The notes: generated by a model not told the origin, from the sequence alone. Shown: positions 19,759 through 33,995, counted from the first letter of the stretch. The stretch: 64,000 nucleotides of DNA from an uncultured Methanomicrobiales archaeon (GCA_963697895.1 OY969100.1:256001-320000), one strand, 5' to 3'. Translations and numbers: made by a program.

Positions 19759-20472
19759 ATGCCAGATTCCGGGCCCAGGCCGCACGTGCTGATGATGTCG
19801 GAGATCACCGCGGACGGAAAGCTCACGCTGAAGAAAGGAGCCTCGAGCAAGATCCTGATGAAATACATGGCCCCCGAGACGGAGGTCCTCCTCCACGAGA
19901 CCCGTGCACAGTACGATGCGATCATGGTCGGATCCAACACGATCCGGATCGACAACTCGTTCCTCACGGTCCGGGCCGTCCCCGGAAAGAGCCCCCTCCG
20001 GGTCATCCCGAGCAGCCGGGCGGATATCCCTCTCGATGCGAATGTTCTCGGGCCCGGTGCCCCGACGGTGATTGCGGTTGCCGAGACGGCGCCGTTCGAA
20101 CGGGTGAAGGCCCTGCGGAACCGCGGGGCGGATGTGGTCGTCGCCGGGGAGAAACAGGTGGATCTCACCCGGTTGATGCGCATTCTCTCGACGGAATACG
20201 GGGTCGAGCGGCTGATGATCGAGGGGGGGCCGACCCTGAACTGGCATATGCTCCACGCCCGGCTCGTCGACGAGATCCGCCTGATCCACCTCCCGTTCAT
20301 CGTCGGCGGAGCGGATACCCCCTCCCTGGTCGGTGGCATGCATATCGATGCCGAAGAGGAGATGATCCGGCTTTCCCTGAAGAATTTCTATCTCTGCGGG
20401 TCCAACCTCATCACCGAGTACGACGTCCTCTACACGGGATCGGAAAAGGCATCCCAAATAGCACATTCCTGA
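19759..20472 (+). CDS. RibD C-terminal-like (DHFR-fold) reductase
   Basis: ITADGKL, DAIMVGSNT, LMIEGGPTLN, LVDEIRL. Confidence 0.85.
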   Translation: MPDSGPRPHVLMMSEITADGKLTLKKGASSKILMKYMAPETEVLLHETRAQYDAIMVGSNTIRIDNSFLTVRAVPGKSPLRVIPSSRADIPLDANVLGPGAPTVIAVAETAPFERVKALRNRGADVVVAGEKQVDLTRLMRILSTEYGVERLMIEGGPTLNWHMLHARLVDEIRLIHLPFIVGGADTPSLVGGMHIDAEEEMIRLSLKNFYLCGSNLITEYDVLYTGSEKASQIAHS

Positions 20473-20642
20473 AGATCAAGAGTATTCCGGATAATTCAGG
20501 TACCGGGCGGGCATCACCCCGGGATAGTCCTGAGATTTTTGTCTGCCAGCGGGGAGGGTCACCTTTTCATCAGTATAACCAGACGTTTCCCGTTATTTCA
20601 GTCGGGTCCGGATCATTCGGTTCACTGGATTAACCGGAGGTT

Positions 20643-20854
20643 CTCCTGGTGGTCCTGCCGGTTCAGATCCCCCGATCGCAGAGCAGTGCTCCTGGTGGTC
20701 CTGCCGGTTCAGATCCCCCGATCGCAGAGCAGTGCTCCTGGTGGTCCTGCCGGTTCAGATCCCCCGATCGCAGAGCAGTGCTCCTGGTGGTCCTGCCGGT
20801 CCAGATCACCCCGATCGCAGAGCAGTGCTCCTGGTGGTCCTGCCGGTTCAGATC
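20643..20854. repeat. Tandem array, unit 46 bp, about 4.6 near-identical copies
   Basis: ctcctggtggtcctgccggttcagatcccccgatcgcagagcagtg at 20643, 20689, 20735, 20781, 20828; ends on the truD stop codon. Confidence 0.97.
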
Positions 20855-22116
20855 ATCTTCACCGGATCTGTTTTCATGTACTCCCGGCAGACCGTGGTTG
20901 CATACTGGCCCGGAGGGAGAAGGAACGCCAGTTGGACCCCGGTATCCGTGACCTCCGCCGTAACATCCGTACGGAGTGCGATGGGGCGGAGTGCACCGGC
21001 AAACCGCGTATGGACGAATACCGCGGCTGCCTGAAAGTGTTCCGGGGTGACATGGTGTTCTGCGAGGAGGCCGTTGATCATCCGGTCGCTTCCTTCGTGC
21101 GCCGGGTACGGGGTGCCACCCGGGATGAAGAGCGCGATATGGCAACGGCGCCGGCGAAGATGGAGGGCGGCCGCCTCCCGGTTTGCCGGTGTGACCCGGT
21201 CCTCCCGCCCGTTCCCGAAGACGAGCCGGTCGCCCGGTTCCGGAACGGTCAGCGATCCGCCGTTCTCCAGGCGCATGCTGAGTGCCGCATTGAAGATGTA
21301 CGACTGGAACGCGCTGACGAAGAGCGAAAGGAGCTTCGGGGGGAGCTTCCGGAGCGCTCCGGCATAATCATCCGGATGCGTATGCAGATGATGGAGCAGG
21401 GCACGTTCGTAGGTCATCTGCACCGGGAGTCCCCGGAGGGCGGCCGCCGTGGAGCGATCAGCCTGAAAGGATCTCCGCACTTCCTGCACCTCTTCCGGTT
21501 CCAGCGGGCATGCTTTGCCGACGTACGTGATCACCGCCATCTCGTACTCACCTTTGAGGATCTGTTCCCCCACGATATGCGTCAGGGGGCGGGTCACGCC
21601 GAACCGCTGGAGCCCGTAGTAGTTGGGAACTCCATCCGCGATGACCGGGGTGATCGCCTCCACCCGCTCCTTCAGGTCCGCCTCTTCCGGGTCCCGGATA
21701 CAGATCCTAAACCGGTTTCCGAGGTGGGCGCCGAGCGAGAGCGGCTCGGGGGAACGCCCGACGACCTCGATCGCGATGTCCTTCATCCGGACGCGGGCAA
21801 TATCATCCGGCGAAACGTCATAGAGGGATATCAGCTGGGTGGTGACCGCGTGTTTGTCCTTGGTACCTGCCCACCCGATCCGCCGGTGGCTGATCCCGAG
21901 CCGCCTGGCCAGCTCCTTGACCGCACGCTGCAATTCCCAGTCACGCTTGGTGAGGCGGCAGATCAGGTACGGGCCCTCCTCCCCGACCGCCCCGAAGACC
22001 TCGTCGACGACGAAGTCCTCGGGCGTCGTCCGGAGCCTGCCACCGATACCCGGGGTGTCACTCGCGTAATACTGCATCCCGAGCGTGTGCTCGAGCGGGT
22101 ACGTGCTCTCTCTCAT
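20848..22116 (-). CDS. truD: tRNA pseudouridine(13) synthase TruD
   Basis: PEDFVVDE, GWAGTKDKHAVTTQ, GNRFRI, PNYYGLQRFG, SAFQSYIFN, GQYATTVCRE. Confidence 0.96.
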   Translation of the reverse strand: MRESTYPLEHTLGMQYYASDTPGIGGRLRTTPEDFVVDEVFGAVGEEGPYLICRLTKRDWELQRAVKELARRLGISHRRIGWAGTKDKHAVTTQLISLYDVSPDDIARVRMKDIAIEVVGRSPEPLSLGAHLGNRFRICIRDPEEADLKERVEAITPVIADGVPNYYGLQRFGVTRPLTHIVGEQILKGEYEMAVITYVGKACPLEPEEVQEVRRSFQADRSTAAALRGLPVQMTYERALLHHLHTHPDDYAGALRKLPPKLLSLFVSAFQSYIFNAALSMRLENGGSLTVPEPGDRLVFGNGREDRVTPANREAAALHLRRRRCHIALFIPGGTPYPAHEGSDRMINGLLAEHHVTPEHFQAAAVFVHTRFAGALRPIALRTDVTAEVTDTGVQLAFLLPPGQYATTVCREYMKTDPVKMI

Positions 22117-22475
22117 AAGAGCGGGAGATCGCTCGTGATCTTATCCAGTTCTTCATTCCTTGCCGGGCCGAGCCCGAGGGCGGTGATCGTTCCGGGCGGG
22201 ATCTCGGTCAGTCCGGCGTCGTGGATCAGGGCCGCCGGTATCCCTGCCTGTTCTGCCAGGACTTTCAACTCGTAGAGCGCCCGCTCCCCGCTCACCTTGA
22301 GCACCACCTTCTTCTGCCCCTCGGAAAACCAGCTCTTCCGGGCGCCTGACGCAGCCCGCTCGTACGCGGCGACCGCGGCATGTGCCGCCTGCGCACAGCT
22401 CTTTCCGCAGCTCATCTTTATGTCGCTCCGCATGATCAGGCACTGTTTCCAGCGGAACTCCGGAGTATCTCCCAT
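22113..22475 (-). CDS. pth2: Peptidyl-tRNA hydrolase Pth2
   Basis: KQCLIMRSDIKMSCGK..AQAAHA, GQKKVVLK, DAGLTEIPPGT..LGLGP. Confidence 0.95.
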   Translation of the reverse strand: MGDTPEFRWKQCLIMRSDIKMSCGKSCAQAAHAAVAAYERAASGARKSWFSEGQKKVVLKVSGERALYELKVLAEQAGIPAALIHDAGLTEIPPGTITALGLGPARNEELDKITSDLPLL

Positions 22476-22583
22476 TGCGAGCATACGTAGAGCCGGGGAT
22501 ATCAAATACCTGCGTGTGCATAAGCCCGGGATCCGGGGGAGAGGTAACACAGATCGGGTTCTCCGAATGCAAGAGAGGGCAAT

Positions 22584-22804
22584 GATATTTCCCCGCGATT
22601 CCCTGCAGGTGATTCCTTCTCTGATGCTGAAGGGGGAATATCCGTGATCCCCGCCATAGATATCTCCCCGCGATTCCCTGCAGGTGATTCCTTCTCTGAT
22701 GCCGAAGGGGGAATATCCGTGATCCCCGCCATAGATATCTCCCCGCGATTCCCTGCAGGTGATTTCTTCTCTGATGCCGAAGGGGGAAATATCCGTAATC
22801 CCCG
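22584..22804. repeat. Tandem array, unit 75 bp, about 3 copies
   Basis: gatatctccccgcgattccctgcaggtgattccttctctgatgccgaagggggaatatccgtgatccccgccata at 22584, 22659, 22734, between divergent pth2 and GGR genes. Confidence 0.95.
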
Positions 22805-23016
22805 TGTATAGTTTCGCCATTTTCCACACTCTGTCATGGTTCCCGTCCGGGGCATTTGTGTTCCCCCATAGCGATCACGGTCATATGAACCAGTTTTACG
22901 ATGAATCGCCAGTAACCCGGGAATCACGGGATCGGTGCCCTGATACCACGTCTTGCCGTGTGCACCATCTTGATGACTCCTCCCGCCGGATCTTTCCTCA
23001 GGAAGGAACAAACACG

Positions 23017-24168
23017 GTGACATACGATGTGCTCGTCGTCGGCGCCGGACCTGCCGGGAGTGCCTGCGCACGGTTCTGTGCCGAATCCGGGCTCTCGGTC
23101 CTCTGCATCGAGGAACACGCGACGATAGGACACCCGGTCCAGTGTGCGGGACTGCTCTCTCTGGCTGCGTTCGGGGAATGCGGGGTATCTTCACGACCGG
23201 TACAGCACACGGTCTCCGGCGCACGGGTGATTTCAGGCCCCGGCGCCCGGCTCTGCTTCGATGCCGGGATGCCCAGGGCATATATCGTAGACCGGGGGAT
23301 GCTCGACCGGGAGATGGCGATGGCGGCAGCAGCGGCCGGAGCGGAGTTCCGGGTGAAGACCGCCTTTCACCGGCTCGGGCAGGGGAGCGTGATCACCCGG
23401 GGGATCCACGGCCGGGAGGAGATCCCGTACCGGATGCTCATCGCTGCAGACGGTCCCCGGTCCTCCGTCGCCCGCTGTCTCGGCATGGAACGGGCACCCT
23501 GGTATCTCGCCGGGATCCAGGCAGAGGTCCCGTACCGGATGGATGACCGGTACGTGGACCTGTACCCGTCCGCTTCCCCCGATTTCTTCGGATGGGCCAT
23601 CCCGTCCGGACCCGGGCGGGCACGGGTCGGCCTCTGCGGGTTCCAGCAGACGCGATCGCGTTTTACCGAGTTCTTCCGGCAGTTCGGGGATTCATACACG
23701 GATCTCGTCACGGGGACCATCCCGCTCGGGGTCATGCCCCGTACGTATGGTCACCGGGTATTGTTCATCGGAGACGCCGCGGGGTTTGCAAAGCCCACCT
23801 CGGGCGGCGGCGTCTATACCGGGGTGCGATCTGCCCGTCATGCCGCAGAGACCGCCCTCTTCTGCTGCGAGACCGGGGACTTCTCCGGGACCGCGCTCCG
23901 GCGCTATGAACGGGGCTGGAAGGAGGACTTTGGAAAAGAACTGGCGCTCGGCCTCCAGATCTGGAAGATACGCCGGCAGATGACGCCGGAGGAGATCGAC
24001 CGGGTCATCCGGATGCTGGATGACCCGGAGATCATCGCGCAGATCATCCGTTCCGGGGACATGGACCGGCCGAGCCGGCTCGTCGCCTCCCTTATGAAAA
24101 ATCCACGGTTCTGTCTCCTTGCCGGAATACTGATCCGTTCCGGAGTACGCGGGATTATCAAACAATAA
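23017..24168 (+). CDS. Geranylgeranyl reductase family flavoprotein (DGGR-like)
   Basis: YDVLVVGAGPAG, PVQCAG, IAADG, FFGWAIP, IGDAAG..PTSGGGVY; GTG start. Confidence 0.88.
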   Translation: MTYDVLVVGAGPAGSACARFCAESGLSVLCIEEHATIGHPVQCAGLLSLAAFGECGVSSRPVQHTVSGARVISGPGARLCFDAGMPRAYIVDRGMLDREMAMAAAAAGAEFRVKTAFHRLGQGSVITRGIHGREEIPYRMLIAADGPRSSVARCLGMERAPWYLAGIQAEVPYRMDDRYVDLYPSASPDFFGWAIPSGPGRARVGLCGFQQTRSRFTEFFRQFGDSYTDLVTGTIPLGVMPRTYGHRVLFIGDAAGFAKPTSGGGVYTGVRSARHAAETALFCCETGDFSGTALRRYERGWKEDFGKELALGLQIWKIRRQMTPEEIDRVIRMLDDPEIIAQIIRSGDMDRPSRLVASLMKNPRFCLLAGILIRSGVRGIIKQ

Positions 24169-24185
24169 TCTTTTTTAACTATTAG

Positions 24186-24213
24186 TTAATACGATAGTTC
24201 ATATTCGTATTAC
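24186..24213. promoter_or_regulatory. Putative NikR operator
   Basis: TTAATA-N16-TATTAC inverted repeat (taatacga...tcgtatta) directly upstream of the ECF metal transporter. Confidence 0.65.
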
Positions 24214-24226
24214 GAAGGTGACCGGT

Positions 24227-24880
24227 GTGCACATTCCCGATGCATTCATTCCCATCTGGCAGGGGGCAATCTACTGGATTATTGCGCTGGTATTTGTTGC
24301 CCTTGCCCTGCGGTGGGCGAAGAACGAACTGAACGAACAGAAACTCCCGCTGGTCGCCGTCCTCGCAGCCGCCATCTTTGCCATCCAGGCCTTCAACCTC
24401 CCGGTCTCGATGGGGACGAGCGGGCACCTGGTCGGCGGGGCGCTCTGTGCGATCGTGCTCGGATCCCCCTTTGCGGCGGTCTTCATCCTGACCATGGTGC
24501 TGATCCTCCAGGCGGTCGTCTTCGGCGACGGGGGGGTGGTGACCATGGGAGCGAATATCATCAATATGGGCGTGATTGGGGGCTTTGTCGGCTTCTATAC
24601 CTTCAAAGGACTGATGGCAGCGACCAAAAGCATGCCGGTCTCCGCGTTCACCGCCGCATGGCTCGCGTGCTTTATCCCCGCTCTTGCGGCCGCGGTCGAA
24701 TTGTTTTTTGCGGGGACGTTCCCCCTCGTCGCGGGCCTGACTGCCATGGGGATCTACCACGCTGTCATCGGGGTTATTGAAGGGTTCATCACGGTCGCCG
24801 CGATCTACCTGATCATGAACGTCCGGCCCGACCTGGTGGATAGCGGGGTGTATCCGGCAAAGGGGGCGACTGCCGCATGA
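24227..24880 (+). CDS. cbiM: Ni/Co ECF transporter S component CbiM/NikM
   Basis: GTG start giving MHIPD metal-binding N-terminus; GTSGHLVG, FGDGG, GANIINMG. Confidence 0.92.
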   Translation: MHIPDAFIPIWQGAIYWIIALVFVALALRWAKNELNEQKLPLVAVLAAAIFAIQAFNLPVSMGTSGHLVGGALCAIVLGSPFAAVFILTMVLILQAVVFGDGGVVTMGANIINMGVIGGFVGFYTFKGLMAATKSMPVSAFTAAWLACFIPALAAAVELFFAGTFPLVAGLTAMGIYHAVIGVIEGFITVAAIYLIMNVRPDLVDSGVYPAKGATAA

Positions 24881-25221
24881 TAAGCATCAAAACGTTGCTC
24901 ATCGGCGGGCTGATCCTTGCGATCCTCATCGGTGTGGCCGCGGTCTTCCTCGCATCCGCTGATCCCGACGGCCTGGAGAGCACCGCCCTCGTAGTACAGG
25001 GCGAAAAAACCCTCACGGGGGATACCCCCCCGGATGCAGAGGTCCAGGAAAATGTGGCAGATACGTTCTCGTACACCTCGCTGATGCCGGATTATTCTCT
25101 TGGCGAGGAGTGGGGGCCGGTGGGGGGGGTTATTGCGATCGTGCTCGGGATAATCCTTGCCTTCTCCCTGGCGATCGGGATCGCGTATACCGTGAAGATC
25201 GCCGCTAAACCGAACAAATAG
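24877..25221 (+). CDS. PDGLE-domain membrane subunit (NikN-like)
   Basis: ASADPDGLES and LMPDY between two TM helices; ATGA overlap with cbiM. Confidence 0.88.
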   Translation: MISIKTLLIGGLILAILIGVAAVFLASADPDGLESTALVVQGEKTLTGDTPPDAEVQENVADTFSYTSLMPDYSLGEEWGPVGGVIAIVLGIILAFSLAIGIAYTVKIAAKPNK

Positions 25222-25255
25222 AACTTTACATTTTTTCATCCAACCCTAACCGCAC

Positions 25256-26091
25256 ATGCACCTGATCGAGACACGGGATCTCAGTCTACGTATATCCGGG
25301 CGGCGTGAAGGCCCTCGAAGGGATCAATTTCATTGCGCCGAGAAAAGCGCGGATCGCGGTGATCGGATCCAATGGTGCAGGGAAGAGCACCCTTTTCAAG
25401 CACTTCAATGGAATTCTGAAGCCCTCGGCAGGTTCGGTCCTGGTCAAGGGAGAACCGATCACCAAGGATAACATCCGGGAAGTGCGGAAAGTCTGTCGGG
25501 ATCGTCTTCCAGAACCCGGATGACCAGATATTCGCCCCGACGGTCGAACAGGATGTCGCATTCGGTCCGACCAATCTCGGGCTCGATGAAGAGACGGTCC
25601 ACCACCGGGTACACGAATCCCTTCGCATCGTCGGTATCGAGGATATCGCGACGCGGGTCCCGCACCATCTGAGTGGCGGAGAGAAGAAGCGGGTGGCGAT
25701 CGCCGGCGTGATCGCGATGGAACCCCAGGTTCTGGTCCTCGACGAACCGACCGCCGGGCTTGACCCGCAGGGTGTACGGGATTTTAACGTCTTCATCAAC
25801 TCTCTCTCCGAGAAATACGGGATGACGGTGATCTTTTCCACCCACGATGTCTCGCTGGTCCCCGAGATCGCCGACTTTCTCTATGTGATGAATAAAGGCA
25901 GTATTGTTGCCGCAGGAACGATCGAGGAGATCTTCGTCCAGCCTGATATGCTGAAAGCAGTCCGGCTGGACGTGCCGGTTCTCCCGAAGCTGATCGGCAC
26001 CCTCAGATCGCAGGGGGTTCAGATCACGATGGCGTATACCTACGCGGATGCAGAAGCGGCATTCCTGGAAGCATTCGGCCGCCGACCATGA
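25256..26091 (+). CDS. cbiO: ECF transporter ATPase CbiO/NikO (two apparent +1 indels near 25286 and 25490)
   Basis: GSNGAGKST, VFQNPDDQIF, LSGGEKKRVAIAG, VLDEPT, STHD across three frames. Confidence 0.9.
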
Positions 26092-26915
26092 TCGAAGAAC
26101 TCTTTGATATCGAACGGTTCGCATACCGGGACAGTGTCATCCACCGGCTGGATGCACGGGTGAAGATCATCGTCGTATTTGCCACGATCATCGCGATCGT
26201 CTCCGTGCCGTACTCGCCGATGGTCTTCACCGTCGGCGCGCTGTTTCTCCTTTTTTTTGCGATCCTCTGGGGGTTTACCCGACTCTCCCCCTTCGTGTAC
26301 CTGAAACGTGCCCTTATCATCATCCCTTTGTGGGGGATCGTCATCCTCTTCCAGATCTTTTTAAAAAACCCGTATTATACGGAATACACCACACTCGTCA
26401 GCCTGCCGTTCGGGATCAACATCTATGCCGAATCGATACAGTTCGCGTTCATCCTCTTTGTGAAATTCATCGTCACCATCTCGTTCGTCATCCTGCTCTC
26501 CTCGACCACGAAGCTCCAGGATATGCTCGATGGAGGACAGCGACTCGGACTTCCGGCGGATTTCGCCCTCGCGATGGGGATGATGATCCGGTACCTCTTC
26601 GTCTTCGGCTACATGTACCGGAAGATCAAACAGACGCTCGAGAGCAAAGCGTTCGACCCGTTCGATCGAAACCTGCCGTACCGGTACCGGATGCGCCAGA
26701 TCGGGTACACTATCGGCACGATGTTCATCCGGTCCTACGAGCAGGGGGAGCGGGTCTACATCAGTATGCTCTGCCGGGGGTACGGGAAGAAAAGCCACCT
26801 GTTCCTCAAGAAAAGAGAATTCAGTACGGCAGAATGGGCATTTCTCGCAACCGGGCTTCTCTTTGTTATTCTGGTCCCTGTCACGGTGTGGATATCCCGG
26901 TTCCGCCTTATTTAG
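26088..26915 (+). CDS. cbiQ: ECF transporter T component CbiQ/NikQ
   Basis: IHRLDARVK, MMIRYLF, FIRSYEQGERVYISMLCRG. Confidence 0.92.
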   Translation: MIEELFDIERFAYRDSVIHRLDARVKIIVVFATIIAIVSVPYSPMVFTVGALFLLFFAILWGFTRLSPFVYLKRALIIIPLWGIVILFQIFLKNPYYTEYTTLVSLPFGINIYAESIQFAFILFVKFIVTISFVILLSSTTKLQDMLDGGQRLGLPADFALAMGMMIRYLFVFGYMYRKIKQTLESKAFDPFDRNLPYRYRMRQIGYTIGTMFIRSYEQGERVYISMLCRGYGKKSHLFLKKREFSTAEWAFLATGLLFVILVPVTVWISRFRLI

Positions 26916-26962
26916 CCTAATCATCCCTGTTTATGAATTCAGCAAGCCTGTTGAGACCCGGG

Positions 26963-27510
26963 CCCCTGCCATTTCAATCGGAAAACAGGAATCCGGATCA
27001 TGGTGCATTAAAAAAAAGAGTGATTAAAAAAAAATGAGTGAAATGGATCTCCCTGATTTCTGTCAGGGTACGATACGGCATTGCGATAGAGGCGATTGCA
27101 TGGGTATCGAATGAACCATTGAATTCGTTTTCGGTTTCCCCTCGATACCACGAGAACTTTTTCCGATCAGGTATCCCATTCCGGAGATCTTTCTCTCCCG
27201 AACACTCCCCCGACATCCCGAATTCCCCCGATTCCGGGCTGATCGGTCGATATCATGGTTCTTCTCCTCGCTTTCCTGCCCCTTGAATGATATAACCCAT
27301 ATTCGGCTGAGTGGATAACCCGTGCATGGCGGGATCGTTTCCCCGCGAAATGAAGGAAGTGTTCCATCGTTCGCACCGTTTCACCGACCACCTCGGGGAA
27401 TATTGCAACGCTCCAATAATAAATATTTTGATTTATGTATCACTAAATGTGTACATTCACTTTTATAATATGAAATATATTATGAAAACCCGGGCATCCC
27501 TTTCAATCGT
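26963..27510. other. Candidate replication origin (ORB-like motifs plus AT-rich element)
   Basis: TTTCCGATTGAAATGGCAGGGG (minus strand, 26963-26984), TTTCCCCGCGAAATGAAGGAAG (plus strand, 27338-27359), 74 bp at 85% AT (27415-27488). Confidence 0.35.
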
Positions 27511-27632
27511 CCATGGTTGGTAATCCTGGTTCCCTTCAATCCTCATATACCGTCCCATGGTTTTACGCTCTGTCTCGTGATCGTCCCTCGCCTGACCGTA
27601 TCATTTTTCTCTCTCCCTGCCGATCATGAAAC

Positions 27633-27941
27633 ATGGCGAGTAAATTCGGACGGGGTTTTATCGTAAACCTGATGCATATCTCGAACCATTTCGTCCTTAC
27701 ACCCGAGCAGGCGTTTTACGGGGTCGCGGACCATCTCGATGATCTGATCCTTCCCGAGCAGTTCAGGGACACCGAGGTGGAATCCCTCGTCAACCAGCTC
27801 CGGAAACACCTTATCTGGCACCAGCCCGGTCCCCTGGACCGCGAGGAGGCGGCCGAAATAACCCGGATCCTGAACCGGCTGGTTGTCGCGATCGACAAGG
27901 CGCTCGGGATAAAAGACCCGGATATCGGCGAGTTCCGGTGA
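27633..27941 (+). CDS. Hypothetical protein
   Basis: 102-aa ORF with host-like codon usage and a plausible helical sequence. Confidence 0.75.
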   Translation: MASKFGRGFIVNLMHISNHFVLTPEQAFYGVADHLDDLILPEQFRDTEVESLVNQLRKHLIWHQPGPLDREEAAEITRILNRLVVAIDKALGIKDPDIGEFR

Positions 27942-28128
27942 ACGGTTAATCGGAAGGTGGGCAGGATTAAATCCTCACAGGACCAATATTTACTGTGATT
28001 TACCGCGTGCCCGGGCGGTACCGCCGGGTACCTCAGGCCCGGCATGCCGGTTCCTGTCAGGAGGTTCCTCTCCGGTCCAAGGCAGAGGAATCTCTATTCC
28101 ATGACAACGCCCGGTCGCGTTTTCTTGA

Positions 28129-32620
<4,492 letters not shown>

Positions 32621-32749
32621 AACCGGGTTTTGTCCCGGCTCCCCCCCTTTTTTGCCCGGTCAAGCAAGTATCTCTTTTCCCCGGGCAGCGGCTTGATTTC
32701 CACCTCTCCCAACGATCAGGTTCTTCCAACCAATCCTATACCACTTCCG

Positions 32750-33205
32750 GATCGGTGACACGTTAGTTTCCCCTGCGGGAGGGGCAGTCCCTGAGTGTAT
32801 TTTCCCTTGACAGCCGATCCTTTTCCAACCGTATCGGTGACCGGTTACGTTTCTGCTGCAGGGATCAATTCCCGGTCCTCTGAAGAGCGGATTTTCCCTT
32901 GACAGCCGATCCTTTTCCTCCCCGTATCGGTGACCGGTTACGTTTCTGCTTCAGGGATCAATTCCCGGTCCTCTGAAGAGCGGATTTTCCCGGGACAGCC
33001 GTTCCTTTTCCAACCGTATCGGTGACCGGTTACGTTTCTGCTTCAGGGATCAATTCCCGGTCCTCTGAAGAGCGGATTTTCCCTTGACAGCCGATCCTTT
33101 TCCTCCCCGTATCGGTGACTGGTTACGTTTCTGCTGCAGGGATCAATTCCCGGTCCTCTGAAGAGTTGATTTTCCCGGGACAGCCGTTCCTCTCTTCTCC
33201 CCGTG
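32750..33205. repeat. Tandem array, unit 92/93 bp, about 4.3 copies plus a decayed leading copy
   Basis: ttttcccttgacagccgatccttttcc...cgtatcggtgaccggttacgtttctgct.cagggatcaattcccggtcctctgaagagcgga at 32800, 32892, 32985, 33077, 33170. Confidence 0.96.
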
Positions 33206-33340
33206 GATTGGGGCTCCTCCTTTCACCCGGGGTGATCAGGTTTTCTGATTCTCTGAATGAAACCCGGCTCCTCTGGTAACGGTCTGACCGATATCGAGTC
33301 AGGGAAATCCTCATTATCCCCGGTTCCCACATGAATGCAG

Positions 33341-33754
33341 ATGTACCGGAAAACCATACAGATCGAAACACGTGGTGAGGGTGAGATCGTTGATATCACC
33401 GGGGAGGTACGGCAGACGATCGCCGAGAGCAGGGTCCGGGAGGGCCTGGTGAACGTGTTCGTGACGGGTTCGACCGCGGCGGTGACCACGATCGAATACG
33501 AGGAGGGTGTACTTTCAGACCTAAAGCGGGCGTTGTCGGTCCTTGCCCCGGATGCGATCCCGTATGCCCACAACAGCCGGTGGGGGGACGGCAATGGACG
33601 TTCTCACGTGAAGGCGTCCATCGTCGGTCCTTCGATCACGATCCCGGTCGCCGGAGGAGCACCCCTCTGTGGGACCTGGCAGCAGATCGTCCTTCTCGAA
33701 CTGGACGTCAGGCCATCCCGGACGAGGACCGTCATCTGTACGGTTACCGGTTAA
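33341..33754 (+). CDS. yjbQ: YjbQ/UPF0047 family protein
   Basis: IVDIT, GSTAAVTTIE, Y.H...GDGNGRSHVKAS, GTWQQI. Confidence 0.92.
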   Translation: MYRKTIQIETRGEGEIVDITGEVRQTIAESRVREGLVNVFVTGSTAAVTTIEYEEGVLSDLKRALSVLAPDAIPYAHNSRWGDGNGRSHVKASIVGPSITIPVAGGAPLCGTWQQIVLLELDVRPSRTRTVICTVTG

Positions 33755-33814
33755 ATCTGCAGGAGCAGGGGAGGACCTGTACCCAGGAATGAAGAGATAA
33801 AAAACGAGATCTCC

Positions 33815-33995
33815 GGAAAACAATCCTCGCGCACCTGGACTGTTAAAGAAAGGGACCTCCCCTGCTTCCAGGAAAGACAATACTCAGGCTGGGAAAGAGA
33901 AATGAAGGGATCCCCGGCTTTCGTGAAATACAATCTTCATACCGGGAGATCTGGGAAGGAAGAAAGGCCTCCTATTTTCAGGACAAACTGTCTGA
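33815..33995. repeat. Decayed tandem repeat, unit about 55 bp
   Basis: acaat(c/a)(c/t)tc at 33820, 33877, 33930, each with aagg..c(c/t)cc..ttc..ga elements. Confidence 0.45.

Noticed and set aside
20539-22275. 578-aa plus-strand ORF, and similar long ORFs at 30140-31849, 37023-38165, 45650-47251 and 59854-60924
   Set aside because: Antisense shadows of GC-rich genes (truD, gyrA, glyS, deaminase, ruvB) with no motifs of their own.
22476-23016. Long N-terminal extensions of Pth2 and GGR in the ORF track
   Set aside because: They arise from the stop-free 75-bp repeat; family homology starts at 22475 and 23017.
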